From contig NC_043000.1 in the NCBI RefSeq assembly GCF_006345805.1, positions 128,402,001 to 128,466,000 on the forward strand: DNA of 64,000 bases, in the 5' to 3' direction. The number at the start of each line of letters is the position of its first letter. Position 1 is the stretch's first letter. The notes beneath the pieces are model-generated. The model was not told where the DNA came from. It worked only from the letters and a program-made list of their open reading frames with translations, and made no database searches. Made by a program: the position numbers and the translations under genes. The DNA is from Octopus sinensis (Eukaryota). Shown here piece after piece: positions 26,060-39,150 of the stretch.

Positions 26060-27909
26060 CGTGTTCCATACATGTTCAAGGCAGCAAATAATTTGTTAAT
26101 AGGGGAATTGACAACAATGTCACCACTTGTATCTTAGTAATTTTCAGAGAAATGCAAATACAAACATACCATGATGGTTTTCTTTTAGTTTCTGTCCACC
26201 AAATCCATTCACAAAGTTTTAGCTGACCCATGCCCAAGGTGCAGTGCAGTAGAACTGAATCCAAAATTTGGATGTTAAAATAATGATTATGATGATAATG
26301 ATATACATTATATCATCAGATTGAGGTTAATATTCTAGAGCTTATTTATAAGGCAGTGAGCTGGCAGAATTGTTAGCACAGCAGGCAAAATGCTTGGCAG
26401 TTCAGACTTTGCCTTCCATCCTTTCAGGGTCAATAAATAAAGTACCATTTGAGCACTGGGGTTGATGTAACTGACTTAACCCCTTCCCTCAACTAACTGG
26501 CCTTGTGCCAAAATCTGAAACCAATATTTTAGAGCTAATTTTAAAAATAATGAAACATTTAGTGTTGGAATGACTTTATATTGAGAGTAGAGACAAATTT
26601 ATTGTAAACTTCCTACTGACTGGAACTTCAAATATTCTACCCAATGGTTTATTTAACTGGCCAAAGAAACTGTTAGGTAAAAACTGAAGTCCCAGTACCC
26701 AGTCTATATGAATTTTACAACACACACACACATACAGAACCAACTATTGGAATTAATAGTGGGAGGGAAGATAAGTGACTTGAAAGTGACTGAGGAAAAA
26801 AAAAGGATGTAAATGCAAATATAAATAAAGTGGTCTAGGAGATGAGGGGTGGTGTCTGAGAGAGAGAGAGAGAGAGAGAGGGAGTGAAAGAGAGAGGGAG
26901 GGAAAGAGAGAGAGAGAGAGGGCAGGAAAGAGAGAGAGAGAGATGATAGAAAGAGAAAGATGAACAACTTTCATTCTCAGTGGTAACCTAGTAACACAAG
27001 AGGTGTAACAATGTGTATGTATATGTATGTAGGTCTTAACAACAGTGTGTGTGTGTGTGTGTCCTTTAGCAACTGACCAATTACAGATAACTAGCACACA
27101 TTGGCAGTAGCATTTAGACACATGACTATTAAATACTGTTTGTTTATTTTTGCTTTATTCTTGTTCCTGTTCTGTGTCTCTCTCTCTTCCCCCTCTTTTT
27201 GTAATCCATAGGAGTTAGTGTTTCCCATCAGCAAGTCATCATTTAAACAAGTTTTGCAATTCAAAAACCTGACAGATATATGGGACAACCCCATAAAGAC
27301 TGGTGTGGATGTAAGTTAAGTTTTGGCAGTGCAGACCCTGGCATAAGTAACTTATTATATAAAGAGATAAAGGGTAGCATGTGCCGGGTATGTGCACAAA
27401 CTTTTGGTTTAGTCTTGTTTCTCTTCTGTGCATGTGTCTTTTCTCTTTCTGTAATCCATGCAATTAAGTAAGCAGCAATTAAACAAGCTCTCATTATCAT
27501 CCTCATTGTTTTAATGTCCACTTTTTCATGTTTGCATAGGCTAGACAGAGTTTATTGAAGCAGATCTACTTTTAGAATTTTTATTATTCTTTCACTGGTT
27601 CTACTCAATGTATTTTGACTGAAGCAATGTCAGGACACTACTTTTAAAGATACTCACTACTTTTAAAGGTATTTTGTTTTTACTTTGTTGATTGCCTCAC
27701 AATGACCAAAGTTAAAGGGCTTTGGTCATTTGGTCGACTTAAAGAATGAACAGTGGAACTGAACCCAAAGCCATAAGCTTGTAAATTGGACTTCCCAATC
27801 ACACAACCATAACTGTGCCCTTGCACAAATTTGAGATCACATATTATGAATACTGAAAGAAAGAAGGTAAAAAGAAAATGAAAATATATAATGGGAGATT
27901 TATACTTAC

Positions 27910-28114
27910 ATTAGCATCTACGATCCTTTCTCCATAAATAATGTAATCTTTACGTAAGTCCACCTCCCTTCCACTGCCTCCACTACCATTGCTCACAGTT
28001 GGAATTGTTTTTAGGCAAACATAACTGAGGCCCCCTCCATTGAGCGGCACCCACCCCCCACTAGAGTCATCTCTTGTCATGACCTGTGCCCTAACTCGCA
28101 CAAGGTGGTCACCA
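27910..28114 (-). CDS. SPRED: Internal coding exon of a SPRED-family (Sprouty-related EVH1 domain) gene, N-terminal half of EVH1
   Basis: Translation: GDHLVRVRAQVMTRDDSSGGWVPLNGGGLSYVCLKTIPTVSNGSGGSGREVDLRKDYIIYGERIVDAN. The VRAxVMTRDDSSGGWxP..GGGLS and I.GER motifs are SPRED hallmarks. Acceptor tttctttcttttgcAG at 28115-28116, donor GTAAGT at 27904-27909. The exon is 205 bp (1+68x3), phase 2 to phase 0. No other exons were found in the window. Confidence 0.95.
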
Positions 28115-30589
28115 CTGCAAAAGAAAGAAAAAAGAAAACAGTAAATAACATGTTATGTAAGTAGGTTAAGAGGAATAAAGTTTATAAAGTAAATGAAAAA
28201 AACCACAAATAAAAAATAAAAGTTCAGTTGTTGATGTTGTTTAGTCACAGAAGACATGGTTGACCAAACTCATGATTAAAAGCGTTCCAGATGTGACCAT
28301 CTAGCCTTATTTTTATTCTTTTTTTTTTTTTTTCAGACTGAATCCAGGACTGCAATATCCAAAGTATCTTAATTTTTAAAAGACAGTGAGGAGTGCCGCA
28401 GGGGACATTTGTAGCTACATTAAGTTTAAATAAAGGAACAAAGTGATAGATTTAAAGATAAGGCCAAATGGGACTGTGTAATATTCATGCCCTACCAATC
28501 CAAAGGATATTAATAATGTAATTGAAGGTAAATGGTTCAATAGGAAATTGAGCCAGTGTACAAATTTCCTGGGAGCTTACAAGCTCTATATGGAACTCAT
28601 ATATGAGTGTACGAGCCATACAGCAAACCTCCACATGGTCTCTCAACATGCAAGGAATGCTTGCGAGATGGATGGGTTGATCATGACATGAATGTTTTTG
28701 ATCACAGATCAACTCAGAGATGATCAGGGCCTAAACATTTGTTTCAGCGAAGGGAGATAACTGTGCTGCACCCAACTGTAGGTGGAGCCTCATTGGTCTT
28801 GTTGTGCATCCCACAAAAATTAGCAGCCAGACAGTCTCAAATCACACTACACATGTAGGATGATCATAAAGCTGAAACAATTTTGATTATGTCAGACTCA
28901 ATTCCACAAACTGAAGATCAAGTATGTTCCAGACTTATTGTCTTGTCCAACTCATCTTTTTGTATATCTGTGTCCTTCCTATTTTTAAGACAGTAGATTA
29001 GCAGTTTCAGAGGAAACTTGGTTCATAATAAAAAACAATTCAAGCCAAGGAACTGAAGAGACACTTTCTTATTTCCAAGAAATGTAGAATGGAAAGAGAA
29101 GCTTTCCATTGAACCAATTCCATAATCCAGTTTTAATTCCTGATTTCAGCACCCTCATCTCTCTCTCTCTTTCTCTCTCAACACACACGCACATGTATCT
29201 TTATGTGTGTATACATGAATGTATGTCATTATCAGCATCATACACACACACAAACAAACACACAATTTTATGAGAAAAAGCATGAACATTATATCTCTCC
29301 TGCTCTCCACTCCTGAATTCAAAAGAGATAATCTCCTCATTAATAGATGGTACTAATTACAAACAATCAAAAAGTTGATAATTGATTATTTATTTCACAA
29401 AATTGTTGTTTTTGTTATTGCTGTATGATAATGGCTGTTGGTGGCTGTAGTGGTGATGGTGCTAAAAACGAGGCAGTACATAACAGTAATTATAACAAAA
29501 GGAAGCTCAATGAAAGAGCATGTGAGAACACGCACACGCACACAAACTTTCATATATATTGTAAAAGCTGGTGTTGGTGGTAATAGATGTGGTGATTTAT
29601 GATGATGATGATGATGAAGACAAATGTAGTTAGGTAGCCTGATCATGAGAGCTGGTAGGCAACAATAACAACAATTAGTGATGTCCTTTCCAACTGTAGC
29701 AACAAATTACATATATCACACTTATAACAGTTAATCTTCCTTACATGCACAAGCCTCCCCCACCACACATACACACTCTGCATAGGTAGAATATTATTAT
29801 TTTTATTAAGGCAGTAAGCTGGACAAAATGCTTAGTGCTATTTCATCCAGTTTCTTACATTCTGAGTTCAAATTCTGCCAAGGTTGACTTTGCCGTTTGT
29901 TCTTTGAAAATAAAATACTAGTGAAGTACTGAGACTGATGTAGTAATTGACAAACTCCCTCCTCCAAATATCAGGCCTTGTACCTATATTACAAACCATT
30001 ATTATTAGTATTCTACTGAGGTTGACTTTGTTGAAATGAGAGAGCATCTGTACAGTTCCTTGGCTTGGTTTATTTGTAATAGCAATCAATCATATGACAT
30101 TCTCTTTCCAGTTTGTCTGAACAGGTGACATGATCAATCCTCCTAACAGACTCTAAGTATTCACTTTTGACTCTAATGATAGTTTATATATGAGACCGAG
30201 AAGCAGGGGTTGATCAAACACACTGCCATACTTTGCAAGCACTGATAATGATCTGAATAGTGTGACAGCATCAGATAACCAAACATAAAAATGATGGTGT
30301 TTTACTGGACACCATCAACTGATTTAGATTCAGTAAGTTGAAGACCTTAGAGTTTATAGAAAAACAAAGAAAAATGCAATACTGTGGTGTTTATGAGGTT
30401 ATGTAAGTGATGAAGTAGAGTATGTTAAGAATGCTGATGGCATTAACAAAGAACTGAGGCATGGGTGAGGGCATAACTTACTCTATGATTGTCATTAGAA
30501 AAATTAAAACTACCGTAAACCCAACATAGAAAGAATATTTAATATGAGAGTAAGGAAATAGCAACATAGAGTATGGAAATCATTCTCAT

Positions 30590-31020
30590 TTTCCATCATT
30601 TAATGTTTATTCTTCCATGCTTGCATGGATAAGACCAAATTTGTCGAAGCTTTTTTAGATGGCCAAATGCCCTTTTCCATCTCTAATCCTCACCTGTTTC
30701 CAAACAAGGTAATATTTCTGTCTCTATAGCCAGACATGTTTTTCAGGGGAGACTAGAAATGCACAACTTTGCTTGTATGATAGTGATGCTCATTTACAAC
30801 CATCACATGATGTCAAGACAAGGACACACATAAATACATGCCCTCACACACAAACTTGGTTACAACAAGCTTTTTCTAGTTTCTGATTTTCAAATTCACT
30901 TACAAGGCTTTGGTTGGCCTGGGGCTAGAGCAGAAGACATTAGCCCAAGGTGCCACAGAGTGGGCTTGAACCTGGACCACATGGTTTGGAAGCTAGCTTC
31001 TTAACCACACAATCACACCT
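30590..31020 (-). mobile_element. Chimeric SINE, family D: family A tRNA/CORE head plus a (GAT)n-type tail
   Basis: The head (gaagacattagcccaaggtgccacagagtgggcttgaacc) is shared with family A. The body and tail (cctcacctgtttccaa..aggtaatattt; ccatgcttgcatgg) are shared with 31968-32380 and 55850-56195. Confidence 0.75.
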
Positions 31021-31967
31021 ATTTATATTTATAGAGGCACAGTAGATAGGCCATAGTTGCAGTATTTATATGGGGGTTAGGGGAACTAGCTGCAAGCTTG
31101 TAAGTATAGAAATTGTTATAAGACCTTTGGCTGAAGCTTGTAAGCATAGAAATTGTAATAGCCCTTTGTCTGAATAAATATATAAATACCTGTAGACAAG
31201 ATACTTTAGTTTGCTAATGTTAAGCTACTGGCCTGCCAACAGGTATAATTTCTATTTCATGCTTTAATGGTTTATAGCAGCTGGAAGGGACATCCAAGTA
31301 GTAGAAATACTAGCTCCAGTAATATATAATTGCCCAAATTTACATAAATTGTCCCATCCCATCTCATCCCATCTCACTCATGTAAACTGTAAAAAAAAAA
31401 AAGGAAAAAAAAAACCCAAAACATGTAAGAGATGGAGTAAACACATATAAAAGATGTATGTGTATGTGTGCATGTGGGTGGTGGTAAGTACAATGTGCTG
31501 AAATAGCAGCAGCGGCAGGGCAGAAGCATTAATAATACTGACCTACTTTGTAACAACCATACACCACCAATATTGTCACAAAACAGTCATTTTCTTGCCT
31601 TCTTTTTGAAAATTACATAGCTTTCTCCTAAGGGGTCAAAGAACCTAATTGTTAAGTTGACCTTTCATTTCAGGTCTACTGCGACATAATAATAATATTG
31701 ACCTTCTTTGTAACAAGAAAAAAAAAACTTAAAAAACAAATGAGACCAAAACAAAACAAACTAACAAAGATACTGCACAACTCTAGAATTTCCTGATCCT
31801 TTAAGTTTCATAATAATTGAGTGGACTAAATACTGAAATAGCACCAATTTACTTTTGTAATACCTTGGTTATGAAGTTATAAATAGGACAGACTTAAGGA
31901 TTAACCTGGTTCTTTTTTTTTTTTATCTTTTTAAAATAATGATGATTCAGATGTATAAAGTTTCAAC

Positions 31968-32380
31968 ATCATCATCATCATCATTGTTGTATTTAATGTC
32001 TTCCACTTTTCTATACCTGCATGGGTCAGATAGAATTTGTTGAAGAAGATATTCTATGCCCAGATGCCCTTCCTTCTTGTCAGCCTTCACATATTTCCAA
32101 GCAGGGTAACATATCTCCATGGCCAGACATGTTCTTCACAGAAGAATGGAAATGAACAACATCACCTGTATGGCTTGATGGTAAGACAAGGACATATACA
32201 CACACAATATATGCATATATGATGGGCTTCTTTCCGTTTCTGTCTATCATATCCATTCACAAGGCTTTGGTTGGTCCAGGGCTATAGAAGAAGACACTTG
32301 CCTAAGTGTTTGTGCAGTAAGACTGAGCTCAAAAACACATGGTTGGGAAGGAAGTTTCTTAACTACACAGTTGTGCCCGC
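31968..32380 (-). mobile_element. Chimeric SINE, family D
   Basis: Same modular structure as 30590-31020. It starts with (CAT)n on the plus strand. Confidence 0.75.
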
Positions 32381-32749
32381 ATTCCATTGTCATTTTTGAA
32401 AAATAATGATAAAAACATAAGATAAAACAACAAAACAAAAACAAAAATGCAAATTATTTTTGTGCTAGACAATTGTACTACATAAAATCATTAGTGGCAT
32501 TAAGTCATTTATATAATTGTCAGGAACACGACACAAGTGAATCCAAACCCAGTTGTTTATATGAAGAAGTAATAATAATTGATTCCAATTTAGGTAGAAG
32601 GCTAGCAATTTTGAGGAGAGGGATTGGTCAGTTACAGTTATATCAGCAGGATTAAAACTCTGAGCATAAATAGCTAGAACAAATGCTGCAAGGGATTTTT
32701 TCTGATGCTCTAAATGAATCTGATAAGTTGCCATATTAAGAAGTATTAA

Positions 32750-32969
32750 CCCTTTCGTTACCAACCAGGCTGAAACCGGCTCTGGCTCTGAGTTACAAAT
32801 GTCTTGTTTTCATAAGTTTTGAATTAAAATCTTCCACCAAACCATAGTCACAATTTATGTTCCCAACACTAGCTGAAAGATAACTAAATTATTTTACTAA
32901 ATTCTTTGTTATATTTAAAGTAATTGAAAGAAACACAGAGCATCTCAAAATATTACAGTAACGAAAGGG
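32750..32969. mobile_element. piggyBac-type non-autonomous element (MITE, 220 bp)
   Basis: TTAA|CCCTTTCGTTAC ... GTAACGAAAGGG|TTAA, i.e. perfect 12-bp TIRs and a TTAA TSD. Decayed relatives lie at ~42268-42480, ~50055-50220 and ~63375-63520. Confidence 0.92.
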
Positions 32970-35900
32970 TTAATGGTGTTTTCAAATCTGGATGCAAGAC
33001 CAGTACTTGACTGGTACTTTGTTTCATAGACTCTGAAAAGATGAAAAGCAAAGTTGACCTTGTCATGATTTGAACTCAGACCATAAAGAGCAGGAATAAA
33101 TACCAAATGCCATAAAGCATTTTCCCAATTCTGGCATATTGTCACCTTAGGAAGAAGGCCAGCAATTTTTAGAGGGAGAAGGTAAGTTGATTACATTGAT
33201 CTCTGCTAAACTGTTACTTATTTTATTGACCCCTGAAAGAAAGAAAGGCAAAGTCAACCAAGGCAGAACTTAACTCAGAACAAAAGAGCTGTAAGAGACA
33301 CTATTAAGCATTTTGTCTGATGCACTAAGTAGTCATAGCTCACCACTTAATGTTCTAATAATGGTTACAAATTTTGGCACAAGGCCAGCAATTGTTGGGG
33401 AGGGTGAAAGTCAATTACATCGATCCCAATGTGACCCCGAAAGTCAGTAGAAATGCTACTAAGCGCTTTTTCTGGTGCATCTACCAAGTTTTGATGTCCA
33501 AGACACACCTAATACTTTAACAGTGTTGCTACAATTCAATCAAGACTTGAGGGCTTAAAGCAAGGCAAGTAACGAAAACATTAGAGTTTCACTCCTCATT
33601 GCAAATCTACTAGTTTTAATTTATTTGTTTTCAACAAACTTTTTAAAGTTGTTGAGCTGAAGCAAAGTTATCTGATCAGTGATGCAACATAGATAACAAG
33701 GCTTCTTATTTCAATCACCTGCAAAGTATTTTTAGAAACAAAAAGCAACAAGAAATGTAACTCCTGGATATTTTCTTTAAAATATTTCACACGTGATTGA
33801 AATAAACTTATATAATTAACCCAAGAGCGACTCTTGGCACATAAGTCAAAACATTTTAAGAATCAAATTGCTATGAAATTGATGTGGGCTACATATAACA
33901 TGTGCGTACCCTCTTTCCAGCTGTCTTCTATATTTATTTTATTAATAAGAAAGTTACAAACAAAGTAACAAGCCACTTAATTGTAAGAGACTATGAAGAT
34001 GGAAGAATTAAGACTAGAGTTCAAGTCATGATTAAAGATTTATGTCAGAATCTGGACACTCCTTCCTGGTGCCAACCCCCACTTGTTTCTGAATGAGGTA
34101 GAAATCACCCCATTCAATCAAACAATAAGCAGTCAGACTTACACAAAGAACTGGAAGCAAACAATAGCATTTGAATGTGACTTTTGTTTACAAAACCTTT
34201 CAACATGTCAAGATGAGGGGAAGTATGAGCTTACACAAACACTTACATGCACACACAACACATGATCATAGGTTTCTTAAGTTTCTGTTTACTAATTTTA
34301 CTCACAAGGAATTGGTTGACCAGCAGCTATTGTGTAGGACATTACTGACAATGCCCACACAGCGGGATTGAACTCTTGACTACATGGTACCAAAAGTGAA
34401 CTTTTAAATAAATACAAAGCCATGCCAGTACCTTAGGGCAAGGGTAGCAATCATATAACTTTTCCATGGGGCCTCTAAGACAAAGGGAGGAAGGAGGAAA
34501 GGAGGAGGGAACCAAAGATCATGGTTTATTCTCAGAATGGCAACCTGGTTTCAATACCTGCAATAAGGTGGATCATACTATAAACACCGAAGGGTCAAAT
34601 GGTGGTAGTAAACTGGGCGATGGATTAGGTGTAAGTATAGCCTGTTTGACAAGCTGCCATAGATTTTTTTTCAATTCAATTTCACACAAAAGACCAAGAT
34701 TGATCCGGGTTGTAATGGAAGGCCCACAATAAAATTGAACTCAAAATCACGTGGTTGCAAAACAGTCTTCTAAACCACATAGTAATGACACTACAGCTAT
34801 ATTTCAATGGATTAGGCAAATAAAAGCAAAAGCAACAAAGCAACAAAATACTCCCCCCCTCCCAATATCTAAATTACTAGGAATCTTTATGCACATAGAA
34901 ACAAAAATAATGACAACAGGTGAAAAACGTATGCATGCACACATATATACACACGTGTGACATTACAAGTACCAGGTTCAGATGCAGGAGGAGAGGGGAG
35001 AGAAGTAGTACTTATGTCTAATATAATTTATATTAAAATCTTAGCAGTCAATTTATAATGTATGCATCTGTATGTATATAAGTGTGTCTGTGTTTACATG
35101 TGCATATACATACACAAAAATAGATGACAAACATATACATGAACACACACATACATACATACATACATACGTGTGTGTGAGTATGTATGTTGGGAGGGAG
35201 GAATATGGAGGAGGAGGAGAGCTGTGATATGTAGTAAATGCTAAGCAGAAAGTCCACTTGAAAGCAGATATCGGCTTGTCGTTGTCTAAGAGTGTAAGCC
35301 TTAAGTATTTACATAACTAAGGACTTCGTCAGTGTCAGAGAAACAGTTAGGTCACAGGAGTTTCAAGGAAAATTGGGGATTAGTTATGTCACACATTTCA
35401 AGATGTAGATTAGTTATGTCATAGAAATAGGTTGCACTATGACTAATTTATCTTGGTTATTTAAGAGTCAAGGGGAACACTTATGGTAATCTAAGAGTAT
35501 ACACTAGACTCGTTACCTAGAAACAAAGCTTTCTTGATACAATATATACATACATTCACACACACACACACACACACAACTGTGAGTGTGTAGGTATACA
35601 TATAAATACCCACATATACATATTTATGCATGTGTGAGTGTATGTGTATGTGTGAATGTATATTCGAAGGGTGGGGTGTATGCTAGGTATGATAAAGAGT
35701 GACCATGGTATGTCAAATGATAGTGGTTGTGGAGGTGGTTTCGATAATTAAAAGTGGATTTATTACCAAATTTGTGTTTGTACTACTCCAGATAAAAGCT
35801 CCATGTTGACAGTTATATTTAGTATAGGTGTGTACAATTATATATTTAGATTGATCTAAATAGTTTTGTAACCTATATATGTATGAATGTATTGATAACT

Positions 35901-37656
35901 CATGCATGTGTGTGTGTATGTGTGTGTGTATGTGTGTGTGTGTATAAAATATAAAACATACATAACATATATACATGTGAGTGTTTGTGATTATGATGAT
36001 GATGATGATAATCGTCATCATCATCATCACCAATATCTTTGTTACCTGAACACATCAGCCTGATGAAGGCAAGCAACCCAAACCTTTGAAGTCACTGTTA
36101 ACCTTTCCTTGTAAGAGATATATACACACATATACGTATATATTATACGCATTTTTTCGTTTTGTTGTGAGTCACTTGGCAACCTCACTAGTGCTTGTAC
36201 CATGAATAAAGGGCCAAGTATGCTCTGTAAAGTGGTTGGCATTAGGAAAGGTATCCAACTGCATAGACCATGCCAAAACCAGATATTGGAGCGCACTGGA
36301 TTTTGTTAAACTGTCCAAGCTATACGATTATGGAAGACAGACTTTAAATGTATAGTTGTGAACTATGTTGCACCCCTTTACATCAAGGAGTAACCTATCC
36401 ACTCAATAAGCAAAAAGATTGGATAGAATAACTACTAGTATACAGTAAATTCTGTGTTTGATACAACTGACTAAATCTCATGAAATCCTATTGAACTGTG
36501 TAGGACTGCATTCCACATGGCCATAGTCCTACAACTGAATCTCGAAGAAAACTAGTATAAAAATATGTTGTATGAATTCAATTACATACATGCAGTAGAC
36601 CTATCTCACCCATTCATATGTAATGGTAGTATGAAATATAGATTGTACCAAAAGGAAAGAAAAGAAAAAAAAACTGGAGTGGGGAAATGTTTTAAGTTAG
36701 ATATTTAAATTTTTTAATATTTTTTTTTATAAATATTTATGAGAGACATTCCTTGACTAAAATATTATAAGTTGAAAACATATATATCAATGTTTGTGTT
36801 GTAAGATAACTTGTGTACTGTGACATCTGCTACTTTTCTTCTCGTCAATATAATCTCAATGAAAGAACACCATAGTGGTGGTTTTTGTTTGGTTCGGACA
36901 GCATTTAGAGCAGAGCAAGCGGACAAAGTGGTGTCTATACAACACATTGAACTTTGATCCAAACTAACATGATGATGAAGATATTAATTTGAAAATTACA
37001 GCAACAAAATAAAATAAAATAATGTTTATGTCCTGAATCAAGTGAAGAAATAAGTTGGTCATTGCCTGAAACTTGAACCTTCTTCCTTAGAGAAATAATG
37101 TAGTGTGTTGTGCTTATTAGAAAACATTAATGTAGAAGTCTGTGACTATGTGTGTATATGAATTCAATATGAGCATATCATCTGTACAATCACCCTCATC
37201 ACCTTTTTTGCTTCTGTTATTTCTTTGATACTAGTATGGGTTGGATTGCTCCATTTTAAATACAGTGACTTCACCACTTCATGTATGCATTAACGTAACA
37301 AATACTATCTCTGCAATGCATACACATCGATGCAAAGTTGGCTATGTGGTCAAGGAGTTTGCTTCACAAGCACATGGTTTTGGGTTCTGTCCCACTATGT
37401 AGCACAGAAAGGGAAAGGAACTTGTTTTATATATATATATATATATATATCATCATCATCATCATCATCATCGTCGTTTAACATATATATATATATATCA
37501 TCATCATCATCATCATCGTTTAACGTCCGCTTTCCATGCTATATATGTATATGTGTATATTAAGAACAAACTTACTTAGAAATGGGTGCGTGCGTTCTGT
37601 CGTGTAATAACAAATTAATAAATAAAGCATATGCATATAAACATACATATATGTAC

Positions 37657-39110
37657 GTACCTACATCTACATGTATATTTACATGCATATATGGGTACAG
37701 GACACCAAAAAACGTCGAACACAATGAGAAATGAAAACATAAACACAAAACCAAGGAATATGTATGTATGTATATATTAATGAAATTCCAACTTTCTGAT
37801 TTTCACATTTTATTATTTGTAACTTTTACAATTTTACAATATTGAAATAAACAAGCATTATCATGCATTATGCAATCATCAGGTTTATGTAGGGACAGTT
37901 GCGTTCCACAATTGTCAATACACACACACACAACTTGCCTGAAGACCTCATGTACCTACTGGTGAAACTCAGTGTAGCAAGAAGCTGACTTGTCCAAAAT
38001 AATATGTGTGTGTGTGTGTGTGTGTGTGTACCTACATCTACATGTATATTTACATGCATATATGGTACAGGACACCAAAAAACGTCGAACACAATGAGAA
38101 ATGAAAACATAAACACAAAACCAAGGAATATGTATGTATGTATATATTAATGAAATTCCAACTTTCTGATTTTCACATTTTATTATTTGTAACTTTTACA
38201 ATTTTACAATATTGAAATAAACAAGCATTATCATGCATTATGCAATCATCAGGTTTATGTAGGGACAGTTGCGTTCCACAATTGTCAATACACACACACA
38301 CAACTTGCCTGAAGACCTCATGTACCTACTGGTGAAACTCAGTGTAGCAAGAAGCTGACTTGTCCAAAATAATATGTGTGTGTGTGTGTGTGTGTGTGTA
38401 CCTACATCTACATGTATATTTACATGCATATATGGTACAGGACACCAAAAAACGTCGAACACAATGAGAAATGAAAACATAAACACAAAACCAAGGAATA
38501 TGTATGTATGTATATATTAATGAATTCCAACTTTCTGATTTTCACATTTTATTATTTGTAACTTTTACAATTTTACAATATTGAAATAAACAAGCATTAT
38601 CATGCATTATGCAATCATCAGGTTTATGTAGGGACAGTTGCGTTCCACAATTGTCAATACACACACACACAACTTGCCTGAAGACCTCATGTACTACTGG
38701 TGAAACTCAGTGTAGCAAGAAGCTGACTTGTCCAAAATAATATGTGTGTGTGTGTGTGTGTGTGTGTACCTACATCTACATGTATATTTACATGCATATA
38801 TGGGTACAGGACACCAAAAAACGTCGAACACAATGAGAAATGAAAACATAAACACAAAACCAAGGAATATGTATGTATGTATATATTAATGAAATTCCAA
38901 CTTTCTGATTTTCACATTTTATTATTTGTAACTTTTACAATTTTACAATATTGAAATAAACAAGCATTATCATGCATTATGCAATCATCAGGTTTATGTA
39001 GGGACAGTTGCGTTCCACAATTGTCAATACACACACACACAACTTGCCTGAAGACCTCATGTACCTACTGGTGAAACTCAGTGTAGCAAGAAGCTGACTT
39101 GTCCAAAACA

Positions 39111-39147
<37 letters not shown>
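37657..39147 (+). repeat. Tandem array of four near-identical ~370-bp units
   Basis: Units start gtacctacatctacatg at 37657, 38028, 38398 and 38766, and each ends in (TG)n. The identical ORFs 37868-38116 and 38238-38486 are offset by 370. Copies differ mainly by 1-bp indels. Confidence 0.97.
37934..37981 (+). ncRNA. Type I hammerhead ribozyme-like motif (repeated at 38304-38351, 38673-38719, 39043-39090)
   Basis: CUUGC-CUGAAGA-[ccucauguaccuacuggu]-GAAA-cucagug-UA-GCAAG. The CUGANGA and GAAA core boxes, a GUA cleavage triplet and a perfect 5-bp stem I are all in canonical register. Stems II and III are weak. Confidence 0.6.

Positions 39148-39150
<3 letters not shown>

Noticed and set aside
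36056-36095. CTGATGA motif as another hammerhead
   Set aside because: No GAAA box or closing stem I follows it.
37868-38486. Two identical 82-aa ORFs
   Set aside because: By-product of the 370-bp tandem repeat. They span a microsatellite and are broken by indels in other copies.
37657-39147. CRISPR-like array
   Set aside because: Whole units are repeated with no unique spacers, and the context is eukaryotic with no cas genes.
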